Source of the DNA: Octopus vulgaris
Lineage: Eukaryota
Direction of reading: 5' to 3'
DNA: 64,000 nucleotides
NCBI GenBank assembly: GCA_951406725.2
Contig: OX597833.1
Coordinates: 41,788,001-41,852,000, forward strand
The notes under the pieces were generated by a model. That model was given only the letters and a program-made list of their open reading frames with translations, was not told the origin of the DNA and did no database searches. Below are positions 1 to 12,329 of the stretch, piece after piece (the stretch's first letter is position 1; every line of letters starts with the position of its first letter). Both the position numbers and the translations under genes were made by a program.

Positions 1-59
1 TGTATATGATACAATTTCTACATTGTGATTTGGCTATAAAGCTTGCAAACTTTATATGT

Positions 60-790
60 ACTTACCAATGCTTTAGTGCCAATGTTCCACCATGTTGCAC
101 CTGTCAGGCCAGCATGTGGAATTCCACTTAATGCACAGGTAGCGTTTGCACTCAGAACAAGGAACTGAAGACTTGACAGCTTTCACAGAATAGTATTTGT
201 TATCCACATTGGGGTTTTTCCTTTTGAATTTATTGTAATTGTATGAGCAAACATCACACAAATGATTAGTGGAGCCATCCTCATGTATCTCCCAATGGTG
301 CAGTTCAACGTTTCAATTTGGAGTCAAGCATGTGCTTCATTTTTTTTTCTCTGGATTCCCGGTGGGCTACACTATTTCTGTTCTCGCTTGCCAAATCCAG
401 AGCAATTCTCATCCAGAAATTTTCAGTTCTACTACTTAGCATTTTCTAGATAATGTCTGGAATGATTTGGGGCTCATAATTTGAGACATCAAATGGGCTT
501 GTTCCAATAGTGCACTGTCTTTGCTGGCATTCAATTTTGTAGTGGTATGCCCTCTTTTTGCTCCATTAGATTCATTTACTGAATCATTTTCGCTGTCACT
601 GTCTTCATGGCCTGTGTTTGTTATCATCAGAAATAGATTGCAAGTCCCTACCAGGGTAATCTGCATCATTTTTGGCATCTAATTCACTGAATTCATCCAA
701 TGTATTCAGCACTTGACTGGCTTCTGGCTCTTGTGTTTTGATCCTGTTGGTCTAGGTTAATTTTCACACACTAGAACTCGTTTCATTGTG
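60..790 (-). mobile_element. Internally deleted piggyBac-like transposase remnant
   Basis: Minus strand has an acidic N-terminal-like segment (SQVLNTLDEFSELD...EDSDSEND) followed closely by a C-terminal cysteine-rich domain (HHW...CDVC...CSECKRYLC...CW...WH). No DDD core is visible. Confidence 0.6.
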
Positions 791-1171
791 AAATTTCTCT
801 CTATTTCCGCAAGAACATGCTAGCGAAACAAGATATATTGTCTTACTTTCGAATGTAACAGACGTTCTGATTATACGTTCTTACTATACTGGCGTTACAA
901 GCTCTGAGAACCAACCATTCGTGGGTAGGGGAGCATAAGACAGAATGGTGTGGTTTCAAGGTGATGTAACTGCCACTACAGTCAGATTTACCTGTCTCAT
1001 TGATCTGTCAGATTATTGCAGTGGGGAACTATGGATTTTGCTATGTGCAAAGGTGAGAATGGGTGACTGATATTTCAGTTGTATATGGATTGCTTCTTTG
1101 CTGTTAGACTATTACAAATGTACATCTATACTACTACTAGCATTACTATCACTACATTTACTTCTATTACT

Positions 1172-1390
1172 GGTACAAACCATTTTTTGCCTATGGACCC
1201 CTTTGATTTTCATTTTACTCAGATGGACCCTTGTAGCCATTTGATGTTTAAAAATTTTATTACACTTTCATAATAGAATATTATTATATAAAAAAAATTA
1301 AGTATTTTGTGTATTTTAGAACTATAAGCAATTTATTGCACATAATTTATAACAACAAAATCTTATTTGGACCCTGGTTTAGAATCCTTG
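1172..1390 (+). mobile_element. hAT-like MITE, copy 1 (degenerate)
   Basis: Shares tatggacccc...tttattgcacataa...aaaatcttat...ggaccc with 21388-21641 and 56149-56381. Confidence 0.55.
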
Positions 1391-1744
1391 ATGTAGATTA
1401 ATGGTGTGGAGCTAATATGTAATAGTAAATGGATTATTATTCGTAAAGTGTTGAATGTGATATGTGTTTATGTTCTGAGTTCAAATCCTGCCATCCATTT
1501 AGCCTTTTATACTTCTGAGGTTGATAAAATTTATTACTGGAATTCATATAACTGACTATATCTAACAACTAGTGGTCCTGTGAATAAGTAAAAGAAGAGA
1601 AATTTCATTCTTTATAGTTGTTTTCAACCGAAAATGTGGTAAAATATGTTGAAGGCATTCAATGGTAAGAAACTCTCAAGAAAGCTGAACAGAGAAGAAA
1701 CCTTGCTCGGGCAAGTGTTTTGGGGGCCCAGTGGCATCTTGGGT

Positions 1745-2183
1745 GTCCTTCAAGCATTTGTCTTATGAAGAAAGGCTGAATACGCTTGACCTTTATTCCC
1801 TCGAAAAACGCTGCCGCCGTGGTGACCTCATTCGTGCTCACAACATCATAAGCGGAAAGTGTAACCTCTCGAAAGAGCTGTTCTTCACTCCTGCTCCAGA
1901 GTGTCGGCTGCGGGGTCACTCCGAAAAGCTCTATCTGCGATGATTTCATCTCATTCGAAGGAGAGGGGTTTTCTCCGTCCGGGTTGCGGATCCGTGGAAT
2001 AAGCTGCCGGACGAGATAGTGAAGATGCCGACGACCGCTCGGTTCAAAGTCTCTCTTGACCAGAAATGGCCTGAACTCTTTGTATGAACACCCTCCCTGT
2101 ACATAACTCCATGTCCTCCTACATGGCCTTGCCTTTTGCTTTTTGAGCCAAAAAATTAACTTAACTGACTAACTTAACTTACT
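1745..2183 (+). mobile_element. CR1/L2-clade LINE 3' fragment
   Basis: Reads SYEERLNTLDLYSLEKRCRRGDLI...RGHSEKL...FSVRVADPWNKLP...FKVSLD, then a short 3' UTR and an (AACTT)n-like tail. Confidence 0.85.
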
Positions 2184-2879
2184 TTAGCCACTTGGATATT
2201 GGAGACTCGTACATTTAAACTGTTTGGAGATTTCATCTAGTTGTAATTCTTCTCCATTGACTCGGCTTTCACACATTGGTTGTCATGGTAGCGGTGAAAC
2301 GTCAATGCTATCACTGTGACTTACTCATAGTTACTTCCCTTAGCATTAAAATGCAAAAATATTGCTTTCAGCCAGCACGGAGGTAGTTTTCCTTCCTCCT
2401 TGACCAGATCCAACTGGAACACCCTGCTGCTGTCTCTGATATTGCTTTTAGGGTTTTGGTCCTGTTCTTTTTAGGGACTGAGAATTGTTTCATTAGATCG
2501 CAAGCAGATTTGCCCACTAAACCTCTGGCCCTGACCACAATGGCAGGAACCTCCCTTTACTGCACATGAACTGAAATATATAAATAAAAATAATGCTAAC
2601 ATTTTAAACAGTGTACTCCTGTTTTTAGAACTCTTTGGCACTGTGAAAGTTAATCTGAAGATCTTTCAGTTTCTGATCATCCTAACCAATGTCAGACTAC
2701 TTGGAGGAGAGGTGTTGTTTTTAAAAAGTGAATATGGTTCTATGCATGCTTAAGTCACTATAATCAGTTTCCACATGAGTCTTCTTGAAACCACAAACAA
2801 CGAACCTTTCAAAAGTGATTGTTGTTGTGGCAGTGATTAGAGTATCTGGTGTTTCTGCAGCAATGGAATATTGATTTCA

Positions 2880-3090
2880 GATTTTGGCACAAGGTCAGCG
2901 AGTTCAGAGAAGGGGTTAAAGTTGATTACATAGACCCCAGTGCTGGACTGGTACTGGACTGGACTGGTACCCCCAAAAGGAATGAAAGCAAAGTCGACCT
3001 CAACAGAATTTGAACTCAGAACATAAAGACAGATGAAATGCTGCTAAGCATTTTGCCTGGCGTACTAACGATTCTGCCAGCTCGCTGTCT
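2880..3090 (-). mobile_element. tRNA-derived SINE family B (Nin/Deu-like central domain), degenerate
   Basis: Reverse complement of the gagctggcagaa...gagttcaaattc...gaggtcgactttgc...ttcat core. Confidence 0.7.
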
Positions 3091-3176
3091 TCAAAGTAGT
3101 GCCCCAGAACTGAAAGAAGTTAAAAAAAAAATAAAGATAAAAGGTATATTTAATAATTCTCTATTTTGTTTTTCAG

Positions 3177-3386
3177 ATAGATGAGTCTCGCAATGTGTTG
3201 CATTTCCAGTATACCACTTGGCCAGATTTCGGAGTTCCATCTTCACCACATACTTTCTTAAATTTCTTGATGGCTGTTCGAGAGTCTGGATATCTAAATA
3301 ATAATGTAGGTCCTTGTATAGTTCATTGCAGTGCCGGAATTGGTCGATCGGGAACATTTTGTTTAGTTGACTCAGCACTTGTTATT
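3177..3386 (+). CDS. PTPN2: PTP1B/TC-PTP-family tyrosine phosphatase, catalytic exon (WPD loop and P-loop); upstream exons not identified in the window
   Basis: tttcAG acceptor at 3175-3176 and GTAAGT donor at 3387; 210 nt, phase 0-0. Encodes [70 protein letters not shown], matching the PTPN1/PTPN2 motifs. Likely pro-orthologue of both genes; the symbol is approximate. Confidence 0.96.
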
Positions 3387-3569
3387 GTAAGTTTACCCGT
3401 CATTCTATTCTTGCACCATTTTTACCATTCTGTACTGAACATTGAAATTCTTTGTATTTGTTCCCTTAGAAATATTGTTTATGAAGGGATGAGGGATGAT
3501 ATCATTTGAGAAAATACAATCAACAACTTGGCAAACAAAATCTGTGAAAAGATGTCTGATATATATATA

Positions 3570-3798
3570 CAGAGTTGGCCAAAAGTCACCTGACAGTAAA
3601 TCAGAATTCCATAAATACTATCTGTAATTCTGTATTGGCTTGAATGGAAAGTGTGTCACTCAAGGACTTTAGTTTGAACAATTTTCATGATGTTTCATAT
3701 TTAGGTGATTTTATTAAATTCATTCAGTTGTTAAACATAAATAAATATTGGAATTAAATGGTTTTGATTTACTGTCAGTTGACCTTTGGGCAACCCTG
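3570..3798. mobile_element. Tc1/mariner-type MITE
   Basis: Imperfect TIRs of about 35 bp (cagagttggccaaaagtcacctgacagtaaatca / tgatttactgtcagttgacctttgggcaaccctg) flanked by TA. Confidence 0.8.
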
Positions 3799-4609
3799 TA
3801 TTTAGGTAAAAGCATATGGCTTAGTAGTTAGGGTGTTGCACTCACGATTGCGAGGGTGTGGTTTCAATTCCTAGACCAGGCCTGTGTTGTGTTCTTGAGC
3901 AAAACATTTCATTTCACATAGCTCTGCATCTGACATGTGGTACATCATGCATCTGTGCATGTAGTGTCAATTTGATGGAAGGGAATGAGCTTATATGACC
4001 ACAAACATTTGATCACTATAAACAAATCACTGTGGTTGTTCAGCAAGAGATTGCAGAACCCTCATATATTGTCTAATGACAGGAGACTCCATGATATATA
4101 CCCAACTTCTACTACATCTCCCAGTTTAAGAAAATCTATTAAACAATGGGTCTTGCACCTTCTGCTTAACTTCAAAGAAAAGTGGGTGGAGAGAAAATGG
4201 CATTAGATTTCCACCCCTAAATAAGTTGATTATAATGTGCTAGAATGAAAAACTGAAAAATATTTTCCTAGTTTTTTTCTATTTAAAATATGATTGAAAA
4301 TAGTGTTAGCACAATGAACAAAAAAGTTCTTACAGTTGCAATGGGACTGGTTGTACTATAACTCTCATCCCTAAAATTGCTGGCTTTGTGCTAAAATTTG
4401 AAATCATTATTATCAGGACTGATAATGATTACTCTGTAATAAAGCTCCTGGGAGATTTCCTTCAGTTCAACATTATTGTCTCTTCCTCACAAACAAACAG
4501 AGCCAGGGTGTGAAAAGTAAGATTCCCATAATACTGATAGTTAGTTGCTGGTCTAAACCATCACTAAGTTTCTCAGATGCTGGATTGTACCCAGTAATAT
4601 ACTGGGATC

Positions 4610-5000
4610 AAAGCCGCGAGCTGGCAGAAGCATTAGCACGACGGGCGATGTGCTTAGCGGTATTTCATCTACCGTTATGTTCTAAGTTCAAATTCTGCCG
4701 AGGTCGACTTTACCTTTCATCTTTCCGGGGTCGATTAAATAAGTACCAGTTACGCACTGGGTCGATATAATCGACTTAATCCGTTTGTCTGTCCTTGTTT
4801 GTCCTCTCTGTGTTTAGCCCCTTGTGGGTAGTAAAGAAATAGTTATGTTCTAAGTTCAAATTCTGCCGAGGTCGACTTTGCCTTTCATCCTTCCGGGGTC
4901 GATGAAATAAGTACCAGTTATGCACCGGGGTCGATGTAATCGACTTAATGTCCTTGTTTGTCCCCTCTATGTTTAGCCCCCTGTGGGCAATAAAGAAGTA
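4610..5000 (+). mobile_element. SINE family B with a tandem duplication of its 3' two-thirds
   Basis: gagctggcagaa...gttcaaattctgccgaggtcgac...ggggtcgattaaataagtaccag...agccccttgtggg; the block from gttatgttctaagttc is repeated at about 4842. Confidence 0.85.
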
Positions 5001-5111
5001 AACATACTGGGGTCATTTGAATTGCCCATACTTACATCTCCTCCCTCATATGTTCAAATATAATTTTCAGATGTTTATTTCCTTGTTCTTTTATATTTTT
5101 CCTACATCTAG

Positions 5112-5294
5112 GTTGAGAAAGACTGGAATATGGATGTGATTGATGTTGAAAGTATGTTGCAAGATATGCGTTATTACCGCATGGGACTAGTCCAAACACC
5201 TGACCAACTACGCTTCTCTTTCTTGTCTATCATTGACGGTGGCAAACAAATCTTAAGCAATCCTCCCCCCATCAAGGAAGATGAAATAGACACG
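5112..5294 (+). CDS. PTPN2: PTP1B/TC-PTP-family exon (Q-loop, end of catalytic domain)
   Basis: ctAG acceptor at 5110-5111, GTAAGT at 5295; 183 nt, phase 0-0. Encodes VEKDWNMDVIDVESMLQDMRYYRMGLVQTPDQLRFSFLSIIDGGKQILSNPPPIKEDEIDT (RMGLxQTxDQLRF motif). Confidence 0.95.
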
Positions 5295-5997
5295 GTAAGT
5301 TTGCTATATGCTTATTTGACCACACTCTCCCTTGTTTTAAATATATATAAATTATATACGTACACACCATCATCATGTGTGAGTGTGTCAGTTTGGTTGT
5401 GTGTATGTATGTGTGTGTCTGTCTCTATGTATGTATATGATGATCATGCATTTGTATCTCTGTTTCTTGCTTTTGTGTGTTCGTTTTTGCTGCCTGAACA
5501 AACATTCAGATGTGGAGAAATTTGGAGTAGAAGTAGTTTGAATTATCTGCTTTGAATGGGTAAACGATGGGCTACAAATATAACAGGAAATTTTTTAATT
5601 AAAGTAGAGCCCTTGTAATCTTGAAAATTTAACGACGGATTTGTGATTTGCATAATAACTAGTTTAGTCCTTTCTTACTAATCCCGTTAAAATTCTCATT
5701 TTTTATCAAGGGGCATAATTCAGGGAGTCTACAATTGGTGTCGAGAAGGTTATCTCCCCTGAACTGTTACTGATAAAGTTCTGGTGGTTAAGATAAAAAA
5801 CTTGTGCAAATTGTGGTGGAGAAATGTTATGGGAATAAATGCAGAAAAGTTTTTTATTTGGCTATAATGGATCTGATGTTGAAACTGTTAGGATTAAAAC
5901 AAAAATTTCTGTCGCAATTGTGTGCGTGCGTGCGTTCACACATGTCCACATCTATTGCTTGAGTGTGAGAATGACTTTTTGAATTGGCTACTCTTTT

Positions 5998-6214
5998 AAG
6001 GCGGTGAGCTGGCAGAAACGTTAGCATGCCGGGCGCAATACTTAGCGGTATTTCATCAGTTCAAATTCCGCCGAGGTCAACTTTGCCTTTCATCCTTTCG
6101 GGGTCGATTAAATAAGTACCAGTTAAGCACTGGGGTCGATATAATCGACTTAATCCGTTTGTCTGTCCTTGTTTGTCCCCTCTATATTTAGCCCCTTGTG
6201 GGCAATAAAGAAAT
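5998..6214 (+). mobile_element. SINE family B
   Basis: Same head, core and agccccttgtgggcaataaagaaa tail as the copy at 4610. Confidence 0.85.
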
Positions 6215-9197
6215 ATGCATAAGCTTTCTGTAGCATTTGCAATTGTCTGTGGGTAATTTAAGAGCACATCTATAAAATTGACATTATGTCCATGGTTACA
6301 GTTAAGCTGCGTTCCAAGACTTCAAAGGTTTAAATTTTTGTATAGCATTAAGGGTGATTTAATCACTACCTTAACCACCAACTTATAAATCAAATGAAAT
6401 TAACAAGACACTGTAAGTTCTCTCTTGCTGCGTTTGAACCTCACACCACTATTTTTGTCTGATCATTGCCTGTAGACACAAAACTATGAGTAATAAAATA
6501 TAAAGTAGATTGAGCTAATGTACACAAAAAGTTACTCTAGTTTAGGTATTGTGTTCTTTTAAGTTGTCTTTGAAGTAAATTTGTAAGTAGAAACCCCCCC
6601 CCCCACTCTCTCTCAGGTATTTGTGTGTGTATGCGTGTTGAACTGGGGTAAGAGAAATCACATTGTAGTGCATGAAAGAAAGAAAATTATGGTGATATGG
6701 ACATGTAATGCTTGCGGATGAGGGAGTGTCAATCATTTGATGTGGATGAAATATGTGAAAGAGAGAGACTTGAAGATGTAAAACAAAGTCATAAAGGTAG
6801 ACTTTGAGATTTGTAGAGTGGAAGACAAAGGACTGAGATGATTGGTGATATGTAGGGCTCAAGAAGACCTGCCCATCACAGCAAAATTGATGTCCAAAAA
6901 TCATGTGTATGCACACAACTGGATCCTTCACCCAATTTGACTTTATCAAACCCTTTATTTTCTCATCTTCCTATCACTTACCCCTCCACCACTCTTCCAA
7001 CTACTACTTTATTCTGTACTATAATAAAAGAACTACATATATCACCCCTTTCTATGCACCTAGTTATCTTGCATTTTTTCTTGAATAAACTTCCTTTTGA
7101 TATTCAGCCTTCATTTTTTTACTTCATTCCTCCTCACTTTCCATTAATTACTCTTTTTGTGCTATGCCTTGCGTTATCTCTCCCTTCCCTTGAACCACTT
7201 CTTATCAAATCCCATATTTCATTATTTACAGTCTCATCTACCATCAACTCCCTCCTACCTTTGTTTACCACTCACCAGATTCACACCCACATACCTCTGA
7301 CCATTTCCACACTTTTGCCATCTTTAAATCATCTCTCTACCTCTCATCCTTCCCCTATTTACTGTTTCGTTTTGCTACTCATCACTCTTTCTCTACTGTC
7401 AGTTATTGCCTCCTCACCTCTGAGCCACTTCTATTGACATCTGTCCCTCGTTCCTATCTTCCTCCTAACTCATTTTTACCATTGACCCCTTCTCCCATCT
7501 CTCACTCTTGCAACCTTTACTTACCATCATTCTTCCATCTCTCTCCCTCTCTCCTCCATCTCTCTCCCCCCTTCTTTTCCTCTTCTCATAACTTGAAGTT
7601 AAGCTCTGATACCTTGTTGCCACCATCTTTATATTTCTTTCTAGCTAACTCCACCTTAGTTACTCCTACCCACCCTTATATAATGAGGGGTAGCCATGTA
7701 TCTCCTGTACAACAACAAACATGTGCTTGTCCCTTCTATCATACTTTAATGTCTCGACACTTAGCATAAAACTATCTTCCCCTCTATTGTACTCCCACTC
7801 AATTAAGTGGGCTTTTTAGTCTTGTGAATTTACATGGCAACTTCCTTAGTGCTGGTGCTATGGAAACATTACCCTGTGGTCTCTTTAAAATGGGCATCAG
7901 GAAGGGTATTCAGCTGTAGGAAGCAGACATTGGAGCTTCATGCCGTCCTCTTACTTGTCAGATCCTGTAGAACCATGCAACCTGATCCAGCATGGAAGAC
8001 AGATGTTAAATATGATGATTAAGTTTGAAAATGCTTCATTTCATTGTAGATGTTTGTGTGTGTATCTTGTTTCATTGAGAAGGATGTATACAGAAGGATG
8101 TATATTGTTTGACATTGTTATAATGTGGAGTATTGAGACAAGGAAAGGAATATATTGTTACAAGTAAAGAACCTTCTCACGATTGAATAATTTACATTAT
8201 ATCAATTTCTCCCTTCCTATTTCCTTTTTTTCTCTTTCTTTATTTTCTCTCACTTTCTCTCTTTTCTTTTTCTTGTTTCCTGGAGGTACCCCCTCCAAAA
8301 AAATACCCACCCACTCACCTAGGCCCTGCACTAATAGCTATATCTGACTCAAATGTCTGACCCAAACTTTGGCAGTTATCTCCTCACTTTACTTCACACT
8401 TACCACTTCATTAGGACAACTAATTATAAAGTTCAATGAAATGAAACTAATTGCAGCAAGCCACTTTTGATCACACTTTATTACACTACCTTCTTTCTGT
8501 TTCTGATCATACCAATTCAGTTCATTCCTTGTCTCTGTTTGATACAGTTTTAACCCTTTCAAGCTGGGCTAACCCACCTCCACTAGCGTTAAGCTTGTTT
8601 GAAAGTATTCTGTTTTTAGGACTGGCCTGGGAGACTGGAATTGGTTTTGCACTTCTGTTTGTCCATCTTCATCCTTCTCTCTCATACACACGCACACATG
8701 TAGTACTGCCTGCCGATTTACCTATTATATATATATACTTTATAATTAGGGTTCAGCAAAGATTTGCTTCACCACATACCGAAGCTTAGAAATAGCAGTC
8801 AAAAAATCTTAGCTATTCCTTCTACTTTAAAAGGGGCTCCCAGAAAAACCAAAGTATTTGAAAACAATCCACGCAGGCAAAAGGGAAAAATAACGAAAAT
8901 CAATCGGTATTAGGTTACCCACGTACGCGCGCTTCGGAATTAGATCGGTGCATATATATATATATATATATACATACATATCTGTATCATTCTAACTCCC
9001 CGTTTTTCTCTCTCTCATATAGCATGAGATAGCTATTGTAGATTTATTTATTCATCCGTCTCTCTTCCCGCCTGCTTTCAACTCATCCAAACACACTCTC
9101 ATTCTCTCTTATGCTTGCTTCATTTTATGAATAAATCAATCATATTGTGATAGAGATAAAAGGGGATGTTAATGATTGAATAAATGCATAATTTTAC

Positions 9198-9237
<40 letters not shown>

Positions 9238-9743
9238 TGTAATGCCTTAGAAACAGAAGTGCAACATCGATGACCCTTTTTAGAGCCTAAAAGACTTGTG
9301 AGGGAGAGGGAGGGATTTATTGTCATGTTGGGGTGTACTCCACTTATAGGTACCCAAGGGTCACACAGTGGTGTTAAACTAGATGGTGTATTACATCTAT
9401 TATGTAATAAATTGGTTAACAATTATGCTAATTATTCATTACATCTGTGTAAAAAAAAAAAAAAAAAAGAAAGTTTCTTTCCAAGATTGCTGCATGTCTG
9501 TCTGCATGGTTTGTTTCATTTGTCTTGAAACTTTCATGAAATTACTTCACTGTCTGAGAATAATGTTATTTCCCAAAAGAAAAGCTTCTTTGTATGTATT
9601 TATTATTCAGCTTTCCTCTAACTGAAAGAATTACATGTGCCTCACCCGAAATAGTTGTTTGTCAGTGTATTTTTTTTCTTTTCTTTTCTTCTTCTGTGTA
9701 TGTGTTTTTTTGTTTTTTGCTATGCTATTGCATATTTTTGCAG

Positions 9744-9770
9744 CATACTAAAAGATTCTTCTTCAAAAGG
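9744..9770 (+). CDS. Candidate 27-nt in-frame microexon of the PTP gene (HTKRFFFKR)
   Basis: Long pyrimidine tract ending tttttgcAG, AGG|GTAAGT donor, length a multiple of 3, no stop in phase 0, lies in a non-repetitive island of the intron. Confidence 0.55.
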
Positions 9771-10271
9771 GTAAGTTCTGTATTTTCTTTGACGCCCAGT
9801 TTGTTCTCTAAGCTGGCCTTTATTTGGCACAGGTTCACATTTGCTAGAGAGCAGAATGTTTCTCTTTCGTTTACTGGCACAAGTTCATGGCAATATCCAT
9901 TCTGTTTGTAATCGTTAAGTAGCCGACTTAATTAATACTTTGGTGTTGCACCAATCTATTATCTTTTTAAGCTCAATGCTTGAGATTCAGCTTCACTCAG
10001 GTTATTCAAGAGACACTGCTTGAGCCAACCAACCGTTAACCTGCAGTGGTTCCTACTAAACATGTTTCATTTCAACCATCATTCATCAACTGTCTGTGCT
10101 CCTGCAAATACACACACACACACGTAAATATCGAACAATGAGAATGAGTGCTCAACATCACACTGGTGGATAAAGATTCGTTATTTGTGTATGTTCCATA
10201 TGATAAGCTTGATAATTGTTAAGGTATACCTTAACATGAAACTAATGGTAACCTTAATACGCAAATATAGT

Positions 10272-10670
10272 ATATATATAAATTAGAAAAAAACCACCTT
10301 TTATCAATTCAAAATGAAAAATTAAATTAAATTACACCATCTAGAAAATTACATATAATAGAAATATTAAATATAAGATAAAAAATAATATACCGATAAT
10401 TAAGTAATGTGCAAAATAATAAATAAAACGTATATATTTATTATTTTGCACATTACTTAATCATCGGTATATTATTTTTTATCTTATATTTAATATTTCT
10501 ATTATATGTAATTTTCTAGATGGTGTAATTTAATTTAATTTTTCATTTTGAATTGATAAAAGGTGGGTTTTTTCTAATTTATATATATATTATATTTTGG
10601 GAAATTTGATTTAGTATTTCTAAATTGAATTTTTCCCTGTAAGTTTGGAATAATATTCCCTCAATTTATT

Positions 10671-10720
<50 letters not shown>
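10272..10720. repeat. Near-perfect palindrome of about 320 bp with a one-sided extension, flanked by (TA)n; Penelope-like inverted end
   Basis: 10272-10425 is the reverse complement of about 10436-10590 with few mismatches. The right arm continues about 90 bp to (TTA)n(TA)n. Confidence 0.85.
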
Positions 10721-10723
<3 letters not shown>

Positions 10724-11089
10724 TTATAAATATCTATGAATATCTATAAATATCTTGTTTCCTCAGACTAGCAAGGGCTGTCTAAATGATTGCTTAACTT
10801 GCTAGAGATAGCCAAATCTCTTTGGGATCATACCTTTAAAAAAAAATGGGGAAAGTGTTATTGGATAATAGTCCTAGATAATAGTCCTAGATACTGGATA
10901 TTCATAGCTTGAGTATATTTGATCATAGGTCTTTTTGACCGTGGCTGACCTGGGTCTATGCAACAACAACTATAATACACTGTAGTAAACCATTACCTTA
11001 TGTCAATGTAGCTTATATAGTTGTATCGTTACAACTGAAGAACTAAAGTGTGAGAAAATGCTATAAGATTTTAAAATATATATGTAGTT

Positions 11090-11461
11090 GCAGGCATGGC
11101 TGTGTAGTTAAGAAGCTCACTTTACAACCACATAGTGTTGGGTTCAGTCCCACTACATGGATCCTTGGGCATACATCTTCTATTGTAGCCAAAGGCTGAC
11201 CGATGCCTTGTGAGTGAATTTGGTAGACAGAAACTCTGTAGAAGCCCATCACATATATTTGTTTGTGACTGTTCCCCACCATCACTTGACAACTGATGTG
11301 AATTTGTTTACATCCCTATAACTTAGTAGGTCAGTCTAAGAAACTGATAGAATAAGCTCCAGATTTTAAAATAAGTGCCGGGGTCAATTTGTTTGACTCA
11401 ACCTCTCCAGGCAGTGCCCCAGCATGGCCGTAGTCCAATAACTGAAACAAGTAAAAGATAA
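11090..11461 (+). mobile_element. tRNA-derived SINE family A
   Basis: ggcatggctgtgt...gggttcagtccca...ccttgtgagtg...ccagcatggcc...actgaaacaagtaaaag consensus shared with many other copies. Confidence 0.8.
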
Positions 11462-11829
11462 GCGGTACATATTGCAGTGAATTTATTCTTCATAATTTTG
11501 GCAGGTGCCTTGTAAATATTGGGAACAGAGCACAAATAGTCAAAACAGTGATGAAAGTCAATGAAAAATCAACATTAAATTGGAGGAAATATTAATCTAA
11601 AGAATATGGAATGAAATAGCCATCTTTTTATGACTGTAAGGATACACTATGTGGTCACGCAACCTGCTGGAAATAGCAGCCAATTTCCCCTCAGACCACA
11701 CTACTAAAGTAAAAAGGACTTGTTGGGTAAAATGTACCTGAAAAACATCAGGACGGTCATGACTGGAATGTCTTTGATAGTAGAAGTCTGTCTACTTGAT
11801 CAGAGCAGACCTGGGGTTAAATAATAACT

Positions 11830-12202
11830 GTTGAAGGTGCAAAATCACCTCCCTCCGACAAGTCCTCCTAATGAGACATCTGCGTTGGCTGGGTCATGCC
11901 CTCCGTCGTCAACCAGGAGAATTCATCTACGAAGCAATTGCCCCAGCTCCCGTTCAGGGTTGGCGAAAGCGATGTGGTGGACAACGAAAAACCTGGCTGA
12001 TGACAGCCAAGGCTGATCTGGAACCCAACCTAGGCTTCAATATTTATAGCGTTCGCCGCTGGAATAAGGAGTGATTGGAGATCACGCGGTTGTTAGCTTC
12101 AAATCGCCAGGTCTGGTCAGCATTTGTGAGAGATGCAGCATTGAGGATGAATGAAGCCAGCTCAACCCACCCCGGGTGAATGCTGTCTCAAGACAAGACA
12201 AG
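11830..12202 (+). mobile_element. RTE-clade LINE 3' fragment with TSD
   Basis: Reads LRWLGHALRR...GWRKRCGGQRKTW, has a (CAAGA)n tail and an 11-bp TSD aaataataact at 11819-11829 and 12203-12213. Confidence 0.88.
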
Positions 12203-12329
12203 AAATAATAACTAGTTTTGAAATAATGTGATCTGTTCTAGAAACTAATGACAAAGTTAGATATTACCATCAACGGCAGCACACTTCAGGTAGTGGAATA
12301 GATGATTGGTTTGTGTGATGATAGTGAAG

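Noticed and set aside
3387-3509. C-terminal extensions of ORFs 3195-3509 and 5130-5555
   Set aside because: Intron read-through past clear GTAAGT donors; PTP similarity stops at the donors.
6937-7769. Leu/Ser/Pro-rich ORFs
   Set aside because: Pyrimidine-rich low-complexity intron sequence with no domain or splice support.
8735-8952. Truncated Penelope-like end with gaagcgcgcgta on the minus strand
   Set aside because: Lacks the CUGAnGA half and GAAA is mutated; cannot be called a ribozyme.
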